From positions 1 through 55,938 of the forward strand of contig CAJNYD010000045.1 of NCBI GenBank assembly GCA_905331295.1: a DNA stretch of 55,938 nt, read 5' to 3'. A program made the position numbers and the translations under genes. The notes beneath the pieces were generated by a model. That model was not told the DNA's origin. It saw only the letters and a program-made list of their open reading frames with translations, and made no database searches. Source of the stretch: Rotaria socialis. Lineage: Eukaryota. Positions 1 to 12,155 of this stretch are shown here, piece after piece. Every line of letters starts with the position of its first letter. Position 1 is the first letter of the stretch.

Positions 1-380
1 AACGATGAAGTACCTATTTCGATAGTTGTCATATATCATTCTGATTTAAATCGAGTAATATACGAATTTATTGATGGTGGCTATTAAAAGTTATTTCGCT
101 GAACAAAATACAATATGAATACCGTGAACTTTCGTCAATAGACACATATAAGTATCAACTGGAAAATTTGTTTAAAATCCCAACTATGCATAAAGCTTAG
201 AACGGTAATCACAAAAGTCATTGTATAAAACACAATTTATTAGACTCGCGACACTGCGTGTTTACTTTTATCATAACTTATGATTATGATCGATAAGTCA
301 AATATTATTTTCATAGAGTAAAATGATTTCATCGTTTCGATTGAAAATGTAACTGGAGAAAAGGACTATATTTAATGCGA

Positions 381-545
381 TGATCTCAAGAACGGGTGTG
401 GGTGTGGGTATGGTTTTGAGTCTGGCCCACACCCACACCAAGACAATTGGTCGTTTGTGTCAGAAACATGGCTATTTGAGCCATAAAAACTGCCATTTAT
501 ACCATAAAAATGGTCATTTGTCCCATTGTTACAGACAGACACAGG
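381..545. repeat. Short repeat element: TGTGGG/CCCACA hairpin followed by 21-bp tandem units
   Basis: GGTGTGGGTGTGGG (395-408) pairs perfectly with CCCACACCCACACC (426-439). About 3.7 degenerate 21-bp units follow at 449-526, then ACAGACAGACACAG. A related TCTCAAG..GGGTGTGGGTGTG..GGGTATGGTT sequence occurs at 43041-43145. Confidence 0.6.
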
Positions 546-1245
546 TGAATTACGATTTTTAGACCCTATTCTTTCGGTCTAGGGAATATATCCAATCAAT
601 ATTAAAGAATCGATTACATACAAATATCGAACAAAAACATGCAAATCATGTTGTCGTATTTCTATTCAACTTTTTTGAAATATTTGTTTGAATTTAAACA
701 ACAGATTAAATGAGACATTTTGCTGACTTGAAAAAAATTCTGCATATATGAAGAAGTCCTACACAAATCTACATAGAAAACAAATAGTTATGACAACTTC
801 AATCCAGATCGGGCTCAAATTTAGCTCATCGATCTGATTACCATGATTAGTAGTAGATGTACAACAATATATTCACTAAAAATAGATTATTGAAGCTTTC
901 CGAGTAGATTGTTCAGTAGTGTATTCAATGTAAACTATTCGATATCTTTAATTCAATCGATTTTTATTAACACAAGTATGGATGTTCACAGTTCACTTAT
1001 TGTAAACAGCAATAGAAAGAATGGCACGTGTTTAGAGTAAAATTTGAATGCGTGCTCATATCACACTCGACATCAATAACGCTAGGAGTCACCAAAATAG
1101 AAATAAGAAAAACAAAACAAAAAAAAGTCACTCATTCAATCATACGATGAATGTTCAATACATAAAGAAAGAAAAAAAGGAAAATCATACATTTCAATTG
1201 TAGCGTGAAATAGGGAAAAGAACGAAATATTTTAATTTCTATTAT

Positions 1246-2829
1246 TCATTCTCGTGTTTTTCTTTTTGAAGTTTTTCGATCTGATTCATCGTTTAACGAT
1301 CTGTATTTTAATAAGAAAATACATGAATAAATAATTGAATCAAAGAGTTTAAACCCACTTTTTCGAATTAGATTCTTTTTCTTCGTCATCTGATGAAGAA
1401 TCTGACGATGATTTTTGATCAGATGCTGAAGAAACTGCATTGGAACTGGACTGAGATCTAAAATAATATCAATAATTTACATGATGAAATAAAGTTTTTT
1501 TTGTTTTTTCGAAAACTTATTGTCAGTTAGGAAAATCAATTTTACGACTCATTATAGCTGATATTATATAATTTGAAAAAATGATTACCTCTTCCTAGAA
1601 CAATGTGTCGATGATTTTGGTGGTGGTGTTCGTGGTCCTCGCTGACGTTTTTGTTCAGATAATGATGGAGACGTTGTTTGTCGTTTATGTTTTCGTTCAC
1701 GACTAGATCGATCTCGATGCGATGATGAAACTCTAAGTATAAAAATAAAATACAGTGACGTTTTCGATTTTATATTTTAAAATAAATCTTTATTTCACAT
1801 AAATAATATATAGAACAGATCGGTAAAAACCAACCTTTATTCAAATTCCATTATATTCTTCAAAACTGCCTTCTTTGAAAGAGAAAAGAAATTTAGAATA
1901 TGAGATGAGCAGTTGTCAATATAGTTGAATCGATAAATAATTATGATGAGAAGAAAAGGAAAACTGGATGTATAGCAACGAACAGTTCGATGAAGTGTTG
2001 ATCTAGTATTTTTTTCCTATTCGTACCTGTGACGACTACGACTTCGTCGATGACGTGTTACTGCAGGTGTATTTGATGTGTAACGATTAATACCAGATGA
2101 TGAATACATATTTCGATAGGACCGAGATGATGATGACGACGAGGATGGTCGTGGCGTTGTAGGAAGGTAAGTAGGTGGAGGTTGTAGTCGTTGCATTAAA
2201 TATGGATCAGCATACGCTCGATAATAAGCTGGATCACTGTACATAGCTTGATGGTGATAATAGAAATCTTGTGATTGTAATTGGTGCATCGATGATAAAC
2301 GAGAATTTTGTTTCAATGATGGCGGTGTTAAAGATCGACCACGAGATGCCATCGAAGAATTAGTTAGTGGCATTGAATATGGATAATGTTGATAATAACT
2401 TTGACGAAATACTTGCATCGGTGGCAAACGATTTGCTGTTACCTATAGGAATATAGTCGAAAGAAAAAGCTTTAATAGAAAAGAGGTATTGGCTTTTATT
2501 ATTATTGATGAAACCTGTAAATGACTGTATAAAGTCGACGTAGGCGAATGATCACGAGACGATGGACGTCGACTATCACGTGATGGTTTATCTGATTTAG
2601 CATATTCAACACGAAGTTTCGAACCGTTTACAGTTCTATTATGTATATGTTCTAACGCACGTTGTGCATCACTTGATGATGTAAATTCAACAAACGCAAA
2701 ATGTTTATTTTCATCAATGTATATCGTTGATATTTCACCATATTTACTAAATAAACGATTTAAATCTGATTTACGATTATCACCTATATCACCAACAAAT
2801 AATTTCAATGGACCATGCGACGAACGCAT
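1246..2829 (-). CDS. SR-family splicing factor, SRSF3/SRSF7 (Rbp1)-like: N-terminal RRM plus RS/SP-rich tail; 5 exons
   Basis: RRM with RNP2 LFVGDI and RNP1 HFAFVEF, ending LRVEYAK. Exons 2829-2515, 2442-2027, 1732-1589, 1457-1359 and 1300-1246 all have GT-AG junctions and splice in frame (…RSRSRHRVSSSHRDRSSRERK…GPRTPPP…KRKTRE*). Confidence 0.85.
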
Positions 2830-3136
2830 CGACGTTTTGATTTCAATTTTTTAAATATATATACACACAAAAATAACAACAATACTGTGTATATGGTTAA
2901 CAACGAACGCGAGAAATCCATTGGCGATAGTAGCGCTCAATGAATACACGCCAATATATATATATATATGTGAAGGAGGTCGATACCTGTCTGAAATATA
3001 GTCGAATCAAAATGGCGACATGAAAATACCATATAGAATGGATTGTATTTATCATTTCGAACATATATTTCATACTATTCATCTGGTATTGAAGGTTTTC
3101 TAGTTTTCTAGCTTTTTAGATTTTCTTGTTGACATT

Positions 3137-3631
3137 ATGGCACCACCAAAGAAAGTCGCCGGAGTATGTTTAAATCTTATTTTACTTTGAGCTCTATTAA
3201 TCTTTTGTATCGCATTTTGTTTTCGTGTATAGAAAAAACAAGCTGAGACAATTAATCAACGTCTTCAACTTGTTATGAAATCCGGAAAATATGTTCTTGG
3301 CTATCGTCAAACATTGAAGGCATTACGAAATGGACAAGCTAAATTAATTCTTGTTTCAGCTAATACACCACAAATTAGGTTTGTTGATTTTGATTCTTAT
3401 GAAATTTGACCGTTGCTTTTTTTTTGCTTATTAAATAGAAAAAGTGAAATCGAATATTATGCTATGTTAGCTAAAACTGGTGTACATCATTATGGTGGAA
3501 ATAATATTGAACTAGGTACAGCTTGTGGTAAATACTTCCGCGTTGGTATTCTTGCTATAACTGATCCAGGTGACTCCGATATCATCCGAACAGTACCAGG
3601 CGAACAATCGACTGCTATTGCAACATCATAA
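3137..3631 (+). CDS. RPL30: 60S ribosomal protein L30 (eL30); 3 exons
   Basis: Exons 3137-3163, 3233-3378 and 3439-3631 give [41 protein letters not shown]…[36 protein letters not shown]…DPGDSDII. Confidence 0.98.
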
Positions 3632-4451
3632 GCATAGTTATGTTATGGTTTTCTTAAACTTGTTTTTTGTCATTGCAAGATTTCTATCGGTTGTTTTTGT
3701 TAACAAGAATTATGAAAAAGAAGAACAATAAGAAAACATCATGAATAAAAAAATAAAAAAATAAAATATATATATGTATACAAACGTCTTCGACTAAATT
3801 GTAACGATTAAATTGTATATACACCGTTGTAGATGGACATCAAATATTAATCTATGAGTTTTCTACATCGATTTTCGAGTTACATAAAACTTTAAGTTAA
3901 ACATTACGGATTTGTAATTCGATTCAAAAAAAACTTCATGTGGTGATTCTTTTATATCATCAATTCGTAGTAGAAGTTTACAAGAACTTAGGCTTGGGAA
4001 TACGCGTGACGGGCATATATGTAATCGCATTGTGATATTTGTAGATTTTTTTCTCTCACTATTAAGAGAAAAATAAGATTATACTGAATAGACAAACCTT
4101 TACTCTACAATAAAAGTCGCACGAATCAAAGGCAATCAAAAATGACCTGTTTATCAGTACGAAAACCAACCGACACATGCAGCATAGGAAAAAGTAGTGT
4201 CACTCAATTTTAATCGGTACGAAAAATTCCCTGATTATAACTTCCAACTCGAACGAAGACATAAAATGAAAGCATAATTAAGAAATTAGTTAAACAAAGT
4301 TCTACCAAAAATTATTTTGACAATTGTTGACTTTTATATTTTGAAAAAAAAGTAATAAGGTACACTATGTGACTATCTTATTCACTAATGCCCTCGATGT
4401 TTAAAAAGAATGTCTATATCTTTAAACGAGAAAAAAAATTTGAAAATGCAT

Positions 4452-4517
4452 AACCTCCCTATAGTGGACACTTTTGAAAAGTCCGAAGGCTATCCACTAT
4501 AGAGAGGGTTTACTGTA
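4452..4517. mobile_element. Right end of a Tc1/mariner (pogo/Tigger-like) MITE with subterminal inverted repeat
   Basis: AACCTCCCTATAGTGGA (4452-4468) is an imperfect inverse of TCCACTATAGAGAGGGTT (4493-4510). The stretch ends ...TTTACTG|TA, i.e. a TA-CAGTAAACCC terminus on the minus strand. No left end was found. Confidence 0.55.
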
Positions 4518-6250
4518 AATATTTTTCCTATCCAAACTTTGACAACATAGAATGCATCTTTGGGTCCTTTGGTATAAAGTTCTTTGAACATCGCAAATGA
4601 ATCAGTGGTTTGATTCATTTTGATACGCTATAGACAAAACATTACTGATAAGCTACGTAAACAGTGCCCTATTCCTAACTCGATTCACTTACGTCCGGTT
4701 TCATATTAGTGTCAGCTTCTTGACTGACGTGAACTAGATAATGTCTCTATAATGAAAAATATTCTTCCGTTTAAATAAAAGATTGAGTTGTATTATTTAT
4801 TTTTTTGATTCAAGATATCCAGCAAATTTTACAAGTTTCAATCAATCTGTATTCATAAAATTTGGTATTGACATAAAATCTATGGATGCTGATGAAGGCC
4901 AAAATGGTTTAAAATCACTCATTTTTTTTATCATAGCTCATGATGTTCTTATACTTGATCGTAATATACAAACAATTCTTATCCTCTATTGCCTTGGTTT
5001 CTGAACTTTAGTTAACATCTTTGAGTAAGAATTACAATCGCTTTTCAATTATGTTCTCTTTTTATTATAATACATTCGTAAAAATTTGAGAATTTGAATA
5101 ATATAAAGTATTCAATCTAGTATTACATAATAACTAAGTTTGTTACCAAGATGCAACTTTCGAGTATTAATATTCTGTCCTTCGAATATCTCATGGTAAG
5201 TCACAACATATCATTCGATGCAGAATTGAACGGGCTACCAAGCATTATAAATGCTTTTATTGGCAATCGATTCTTCTCATAGAGATAAGATCAAAATACT
5301 CAAAAATAGAGAAAATTTTGTACCATGAAAAATCGCTATTTTTCGACTTTTTTGATTTTAAACTGACGTCACAGAGAAATGTCATATATATAGTTTGGTA
5401 ATTACTAAAGTCAATAGTCACACGAAGAGAGAACAAAACGAAATATGCAGAATAAAAGGTACGCATCTAAAGGTTGCTTCATCCAGTTTTGTGTACATCG
5501 GCTTAATAAAAGTAATATATAGCAATAGATTTCAAAATTCATGTGTTTTTAATAAAAAAAGACTTCTGCCTGTTGTTCTGATTTTTCTATGTATGCCACT
5601 GCAACAGATGTTGATTGTAATCTTGGAAAAAACAATGTTAAAAATAGAACATTGAGGCATCCGCTTAAATGTTGTTTTTCTCGTATGCTAAAGTGCAATG
5701 TCATTTTCCAAATGAAAAAAACATCAAGCTCTTTCGATCAATGTCACTTCATAAAAATCATGTTTACGAAAAGTCAATTTTGTTACTCAAGATTAATTGT
5801 AAGGTGCTGTTGTAGATTCCTCAAAAAAGAACGACTATCTTGACAAAATAATTTATTCGAGAAAAATGAAAGAGCAGCATGAATTGTACAAGGATAAAGC
5901 AACTTAAGAACGATCAAGCAAATAGATAAAAGAAACTTCTAAATTGTTCAATATTATTCGCATAGACGATAAGCCACCGATTGTGTACTACTTAGCGGTT
6001 CATTTATTTCAAATATATATATGCAATACGTAATAGTAACTCATTTGTATCTGTCGATATTACTGTCTAAAATAGAATAATATAAAATTTACAATAACAA
6101 AAGCGATAAGCATTCTCTTACTCGAAGGACTCCTAAATGTCCAAGTACAACATTCATCAATTCATGTGCATACATTTCTTCCTGTTGTCAGTTTTTTACA
6201 CATTGTTGTATCAGTTGAACGATGACTGTATGCATTGCTAACATCATTGT

Positions 6251-6730
6251 TAGGGATGCAACGGTGACGGTGATTCACCGCTATATCGTCACCGGTTCAC
6301 CGATCCACTACGATAACAGGTATTCCACGAAGCAAAGAGTTTCTTGAGAAAATAACGTTGTTTTATATACAACAGCCTGCTCTATGGTTGCAACGGTGGA
6401 CTCGAAAGTGCACCCAAAGCTTTCTCGCAAATCAAAAAAATACTACACAATGCTGAGAAACCCTTTACAGATTCGAATTTCCCGGCCCCGATTTACTTTC
6501 AGGGTCATATGAAAACAAAATATTTTATTCAAAACAACTATTTCTTTTCCCGTTATCCATGACGGGGACCAGGGGTGAAAATCTGACCGAAAACAAAAGT
6601 TATACAAATAATTAACCCTAATTCACTCTCCCCCGATGACTCCCCGGGGAGTCCCCACAAAATAACGAAATCCCTGGGGATTCTTCTAGGAAGAGTTGAC
6701 TAGGGGTGTACTCACTTTTTGAGTACACAA
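6251..6730. mobile_element. Cluster of GC-rich non-autonomous DNA-transposon remnants (hAT-like TAGGGATG / TAGGGG starts)
   Basis: Abrupt GC rise. TAGGGATGCAACGGT at 6251, CGGTGACG/CGTCACCG inverted pair, perfect palindrome GACTCCCCGGGGAGTC (6638-6653), and hairpin GTGTACTCA-N5-TGAGTACAC (6706-6728). No transposase ORF. Confidence 0.45.
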
Positions 6731-9017
6731 AAAAAAAGAAGAATTAAACGAATTCTTGAAAGTAATTTGATGATTAATGTTGCGTTCTTTTCCTTAAAAA
6801 TTTTTATGGAATGGTGGCAACTGTTGATTCTATTTAGAAAATTGTAATGTTTTATTTATTAGTCATAAAAATTTATTTCCGCAGTTTTCCGTTACCTGGA
6901 CACTTAAGAGGTTTGTTTCCAAAATATTATTTATACTTGATTAACAAACATTTTACTTTGAACTACTGTATTGAATTCTTTTATCTTTTATTTTACAAAA
7001 CTGGAAAACTTATTCGAGAATAACAAATTTTTCTAGTATTGTTTCTAATGATGTTGTTAACATTAGCAGCAGCATTGTATCGAATTTCATAATTTACTGA
7101 TAACGAAAACCAGGTTCATTAATAGTAACTTTTACCGAATGATATAATCGTCTTACACGTATTTTATCAAAATCTGATTTCGTTTTATTGAGAAAGAAAA
7201 ATAGAAGTGTTACAAATGCAGCTAAACTCTAACTATTAGATATAACCTTTCTATGGTTCTAAGACGAGTACATCTTATTTAGTTAGGTGTCGAATTTCAA
7301 TAGAACATGAATATTTTTCAAATTATCAAAAAATCGAAAATTTAAAGTCAAAATAGTATAGTCGTCATTTGATAATTGGGAGAAAAAAATCAAATATTAA
7401 TAAGAAAACTAAAATAAAAACTAATGATTATTCTCTCCAAAATGAAGATGTTTTGGAAAATTTCCCCGGCGTGCATTTACATACTCGAGACACGTTAGTT
7501 GTTACTTATTAGAGAAAATTGTTTTTTTTCCACAAGCGACCGTAGTTACCTTTGTCCTAAGGCAATATGTTAAATACTATCTATTGATTTGTTATTGTTT
7601 ATATTATTTTATATTATTTTATTTATTTTCATTCAAATGAATCTAGCATTGCATTGAAACAAAAAACACTTATTCATGAAAAATTCACTTCGAAATTAGT
7701 ACTCTCTATGCTTTGTTATTTCTAATAAAAATATAAATACTAAAACTATGCATCTTATCAGTACAGAATAGATATCCTATAATATATACAAGTACTACTT
7801 TAGTTGTTAATAGTATGAAGTAAACGTAGAACTTAAGTTTTATTGCATATGTTTTATGTACAACTTCTACGCTCGAATACAATAGAACAGAATACATTTA
7901 ATTGTAACCGAATCATAAAACCAAATAGAATAGCACAATTTTAATTGAATTGGTCAGTACGTATGACATATGAATTTTAAATAGAATATTCTTTAATAAG
8001 ACACCTTAGAAGGTGTACAATAGAATCAATAGATTTTGTCCTACAAGTCTAATATTAAATTACATGAAACGGTGACAATTGCATTGATTTTGTTTTATTG
8101 TTTCTTTTTCATATAAAGACCGATCTTTTTTCATAACGAGACAAGATATTCTCAATTTAGCGAGTTTATTGCTCTATAAAATTTCGAATTAACCAATATT
8201 CATTTGTATACAATGATATGGTAAGTAGAGAAATGTTTTATCCTAGTTTTTATTGATGCAACAAGATTGCTTCTGCCTTAGTCAATATAAATCTCATTCT
8301 AAAGGTCATGCCGAAGTGACTTTTTTTATCCTTGAACTTTGTTCTGTAAAGTTTCCTTCGATCGATTGAGTCGAATAAATTTGATTCATACAAACAAAGA
8401 GAAAAAATTCAATTGGCTCGAATTATAGATTTCCTAGCGACTCCATCGTTAGCTCATGATATTGAGGACAATGCTAGTTAGATAACAAGTCGCCTGCTGT
8501 TTTCTGTTTTGTCATAATAGAAAAATAAAAGAACAAAATTTCGGCTATATAGCAGAGCTGTTTCATTTATATAGTTGACAAACTTCGAACGCTTGATGAA
8601 TGCACTGCCACTTTTGGTTGACATTATTTCGCTTTGTGTTTTTTCTTTCTCTTTTCTTGGAAGGAAAAATGTGTTCTTTATTCTTCTATTCAAATATTTG
8701 ATTTGAGCCATTGAATAGAAAAAATACTTTAAATGAAGAACACAATTTCATAGACGACAAGGAATTTGATCTTCTAAATTAACACATATTCGTCGTAGAT
8801 AACATTTTTTCCCTCAACTCATTACCTGTGAATTTACTCGTCAATACATGCACACATTCTTGTCCTTCGTCATACACCAACATAAACAGTACAATTAGAA
8901 TGAAAAAATCGGCTGTACGCCTTGATCTTTATAGGCTATTTTTCATCATTCCAGCACGTTTTCTCTCATTTTTATCCCATCATGATCAGATAAAGAATAA
9001 CATCATCCGATCGAAAT

Positions 9018-9700
9018 ATGTATCTATTAAAATCCAGAAAGAAATATCAACATAAATTATTTCAACGTCAATCCTTATTTTTTCGTTTCCAATCGTAAGA
9101 TTTACTTTTCTTTTTTTGTTTTATAAATATACGTATATTAAATGTTTTATTTATATTTCTACTAGTAAACGTCGTCTAAAGTCTGATTTTGGATTTCATG
9201 AAATTCGAACTAAACAAATTCATTCAAGATCATTTTTTAGCAAAGTTCATCGAGCATATCGTTCAATATGTGTAAGTGTTACGCTGATTGTTCGTCTTTT
9301 TATTTTTATTGATCGTTTAATACAAAAATTGATAATATTCATTGAAAAAATCATTCGCATTATTCAAGTTGTTCACGGATGGATACAAATGGTCAGATCA
9401 ATATGTTCAGCTATTCATTTGATTGTCTCACGTTTAATGATACTTATATTTAAAATTTACCAAATAGTTCATTTATTATCGATTTTATTCGAACCATTTT
9501 CAAATGGAACTTTCCAAAATATCGTACGATCGTTTTCACACTTTATTTATGACTATTATTCATCAAATGGAGCTTGTTATACATTGAAAGCTCGTACAAA
9601 TAATTTTATTGGTACAGTACGAGCAAAATGGAAAAGAAGTTCAACTATTGTCATTGATGATGATATTTATTATGATGCTCTTAATGAAGAAAACAAATGA
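9018..9700 (+). CDS. Uncharacterised 203-aa basic protein with a long amphipathic/hydrophobic helical core; 2 exons
   Basis: Exons 9018-9094 (MYLLKSRKKYQHKLFQRQSLFFRFQS) and 9166-9700 join in phase across a 71-nt GT-AG intron. A 535-nt stop-free exon is unlikely by chance in DNA this AT-rich. No family recognised. Confidence 0.65.
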
Positions 9701-11851
9701 TTTTCTTTTACATTACAAATCTCTATTTTTTTGTAAAATGAATTTCTTTTCTACATATATTTTATTGTTATTTTGCTTTCTGTAAGTTTGATGATCAAGA
9801 GACATAGTCATGATTCAGTTGTTTTCATTCTATAAATAATTTTGTTTATGGAAAAATTTCTTTATGAAGTCTGAATAGAGATATTAGAATCTCAACATTT
9901 TTAATCATAATAATAAATTCTAGTAAAATAATCTTTATTGAATTTTTACTACTGATCTAATCGATTGATACTTTGAAATAAAATTTAAAAAAATGCTGCT
10001 TTTTTAAGTCGATTATCTCGGATGAAAAATAATGTAGACAAAAGAAACTCACATAATACAATAGTAAATTGTTAAAGCTCAAAGAAGTAAAGTTTCAAGT
10101 TAAGAAATGTGACTATTAGACATAACACCGGTTCGTTTTGAAACCTGCGTCAAATGATCGATTCTTTTGATTCAAGAAATAAAAGGAGATGACTATTATA
10201 TTTAGAAAAGATTAAAAATAACGGAGTCTGTCATGCATTGGAAACTCGTATCGTTGAATAGTTCAATTGTGAATTATCATCAATCTGTTGAAATCGGAAT
10301 CCGATTTATCTCCAGGATCTACTATAAAATGAGAAAACGCAAACATTAAAGAACTCTTCGTGTTACTCGTTTATAATTTAAGTTTATTTTAATTATAATG
10401 GTTTAGTTCAGAGAGGATATCTGTACTATGGAGAATTTTGAGGTCCGCCGATTTGCTACTAGACCGGTACTTATATTTCTCTTCTTATCTGATAGAAAAT
10501 GTAACATGAAACCGTTGTAATGTTTGGCTACATCACATCTATGAAACAATCCCATAAGTCGTCAGTTCAGTATTGTTGTTGATTTCAGATCTGCTCTAAA
10601 TCTCATTTAATCTATTAGCCGACAATTTGAATCAGCAATAATCTTCTTTGATATTAGTTTTATTTACGTTCTACCACTGTTCACATTTTATTATGAAAAG
10701 AATCCATAGAAAAATACACATTTCAATTGGCTCTTTTGGTACTAATGGGTCTGATGAATCAGCCTTCGAGTATAAGGCGATTTGTATTTTTATTCATGTG
10801 TATTCTATTGATGTGAAGTGCTTGTGCAATAAACTATAATGACGATATGGTAGTATTGAGAAAGTTGGCGGATTGATTCTTTAAGTAATTCCTTCATTTT
10901 TGGTTAATCCTATACCAATGCGTGGTTGTATAATATCCTAGAGGAATCATTTTCTGACATTTATCCTCATTTGCAATGTGCAAAAGCATTCGAAAATAAT
11001 TGATTTATCGAAAATTAACCTTCCGACTGAAAAAGAAAGTGCCTTACGTTATTGGATTTGACTCAGAAATACGACTTCCCTTTTCATTCAAAACAATGTA
11101 TCACGTGCGCCTGTTCGTTGCTTATACGAACAAACGATTATTTCGCCGAAAAACAATAGTTGTATTTCTATTTCTAGCACAAACATCAATCGAAAACACT
11201 AACAGGTCTGTATGGCATTGATCCAAAGCATCTGTGTTTTATAAGCATTAAAATAAAGTTGGCAGTTGTTACCAAGAAACTGAAACAAAGACATGGCAAT
11301 TGTTTAGAGAGCATTAATCGGTTCTTTGATAAGAAAGCAATTGCTGAATTCAATCAACGACTCAAAACTGATCGGTCAAAAATAAAAGAAAGATATTGAA
11401 CTGGCAATTTCATATAAATAAAAATGTTTTGAATAGATGACAAATAGGTCGGGTGAGATCAAGCCTTTTTATTTTCGACCTACGAAAAACAATGCCTACG
11501 TTTATTTACATCACATCTGTAGAACACTCGGGAATGTCAGTTTTTCGTTTAATCGAATTAGACACTTGAAATGTGTTTTAAAACCATCTTTCTGTTATTT
11601 TGTTTGAAGAATACTCACTGAGAACTATGGGATATTAAAATATTATCTCGAATTTCAGTTTTGTGCACCTATATTGAAACCAAATCGATACACATATATA
11701 TATATATATGGTTTCATTTTATCATAATCAATCTATTTTTAAAACTTATATAAAAATAGTTATAACTATCAACACGTTATCAATAGTACACTGAAGTACT
11801 TTTTGCTTTAGAAGTCTGTTCAACATCAGTTAGCTTTTTATTCACCCAGTT

Positions 11852-12155
11852 TTTTTTTAAATTTCGCTCTATTTGTTCATGACATCCTATCTTTTTTATG
11901 GTTTTTAGTACAGTTTCTTCGGACGCTTACGAGAGAGAAAAATAACGATAACATATAGAGAACAAAAAACAAACAAACTGGAGAGGCAGTGATGACGAAT
12001 CCACGTGTATTGAATTGTTTTTTTCTTTCTTGACTATTCTTCCATTATCGAATATCTTTGAAACCCAAACACCAAAACACCGTGCCAGGGGAAGAAATCA
12101 AACCTTCTGCTATCTGACTAAATCAGACGCATAGAACCACTTCGCCATCCCTGGC
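11852..12155 (-). mobile_element. tRNA-derived SINE (304 bp) with oligo-A tail and 12-bp target-site duplication
   Basis: Direct repeat ATTCACCCAGTT at 11840-11851 and 12156-12167. On the minus strand the element starts exactly at a tRNA-like head (12155-12083) and ends in an A-run (plus-strand T run 11850-11858). Confidence 0.85.
12083..12155 (-). pseudogene. tRNA-like head of the SINE (Leu-like; not a functional tRNA)
   Basis: Acceptor stem GCCAGGG/CCCTGGC plus A, A-box TGGCGAAGTGG, anticodon stem TCTGA/TCAGA with only a 5-nt loop (TTTAG), T-arm GAAGG-TTTGATT-TCTTC with a degenerate B-box. Confidence 0.75.

Noticed and set aside
1..260. Coding-like stretch at the window start
   Set aside because: Interrupted by stops, truncated by the window edge, and no family recognised.
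4783..5004. ORF containing cadherin-like DADEGQNG
   Set aside because: One short motif, wrong spacing to other cadherin motifs, and no supporting exons. At best an unassignable remnant.
5954..7195. Exon-like minus-strand stretches on both sides of the GC-rich island
   Set aside because: They contain stops and a frameshift and match no family I recognise, so a pseudogene call cannot be supported.
12083..12155. Functional tRNA gene
   Set aside because: The 5-nt anticodon loop, extra base after the acceptor stem and degenerate T-loop, together with the TSD and A-tail, indicate a SINE head.
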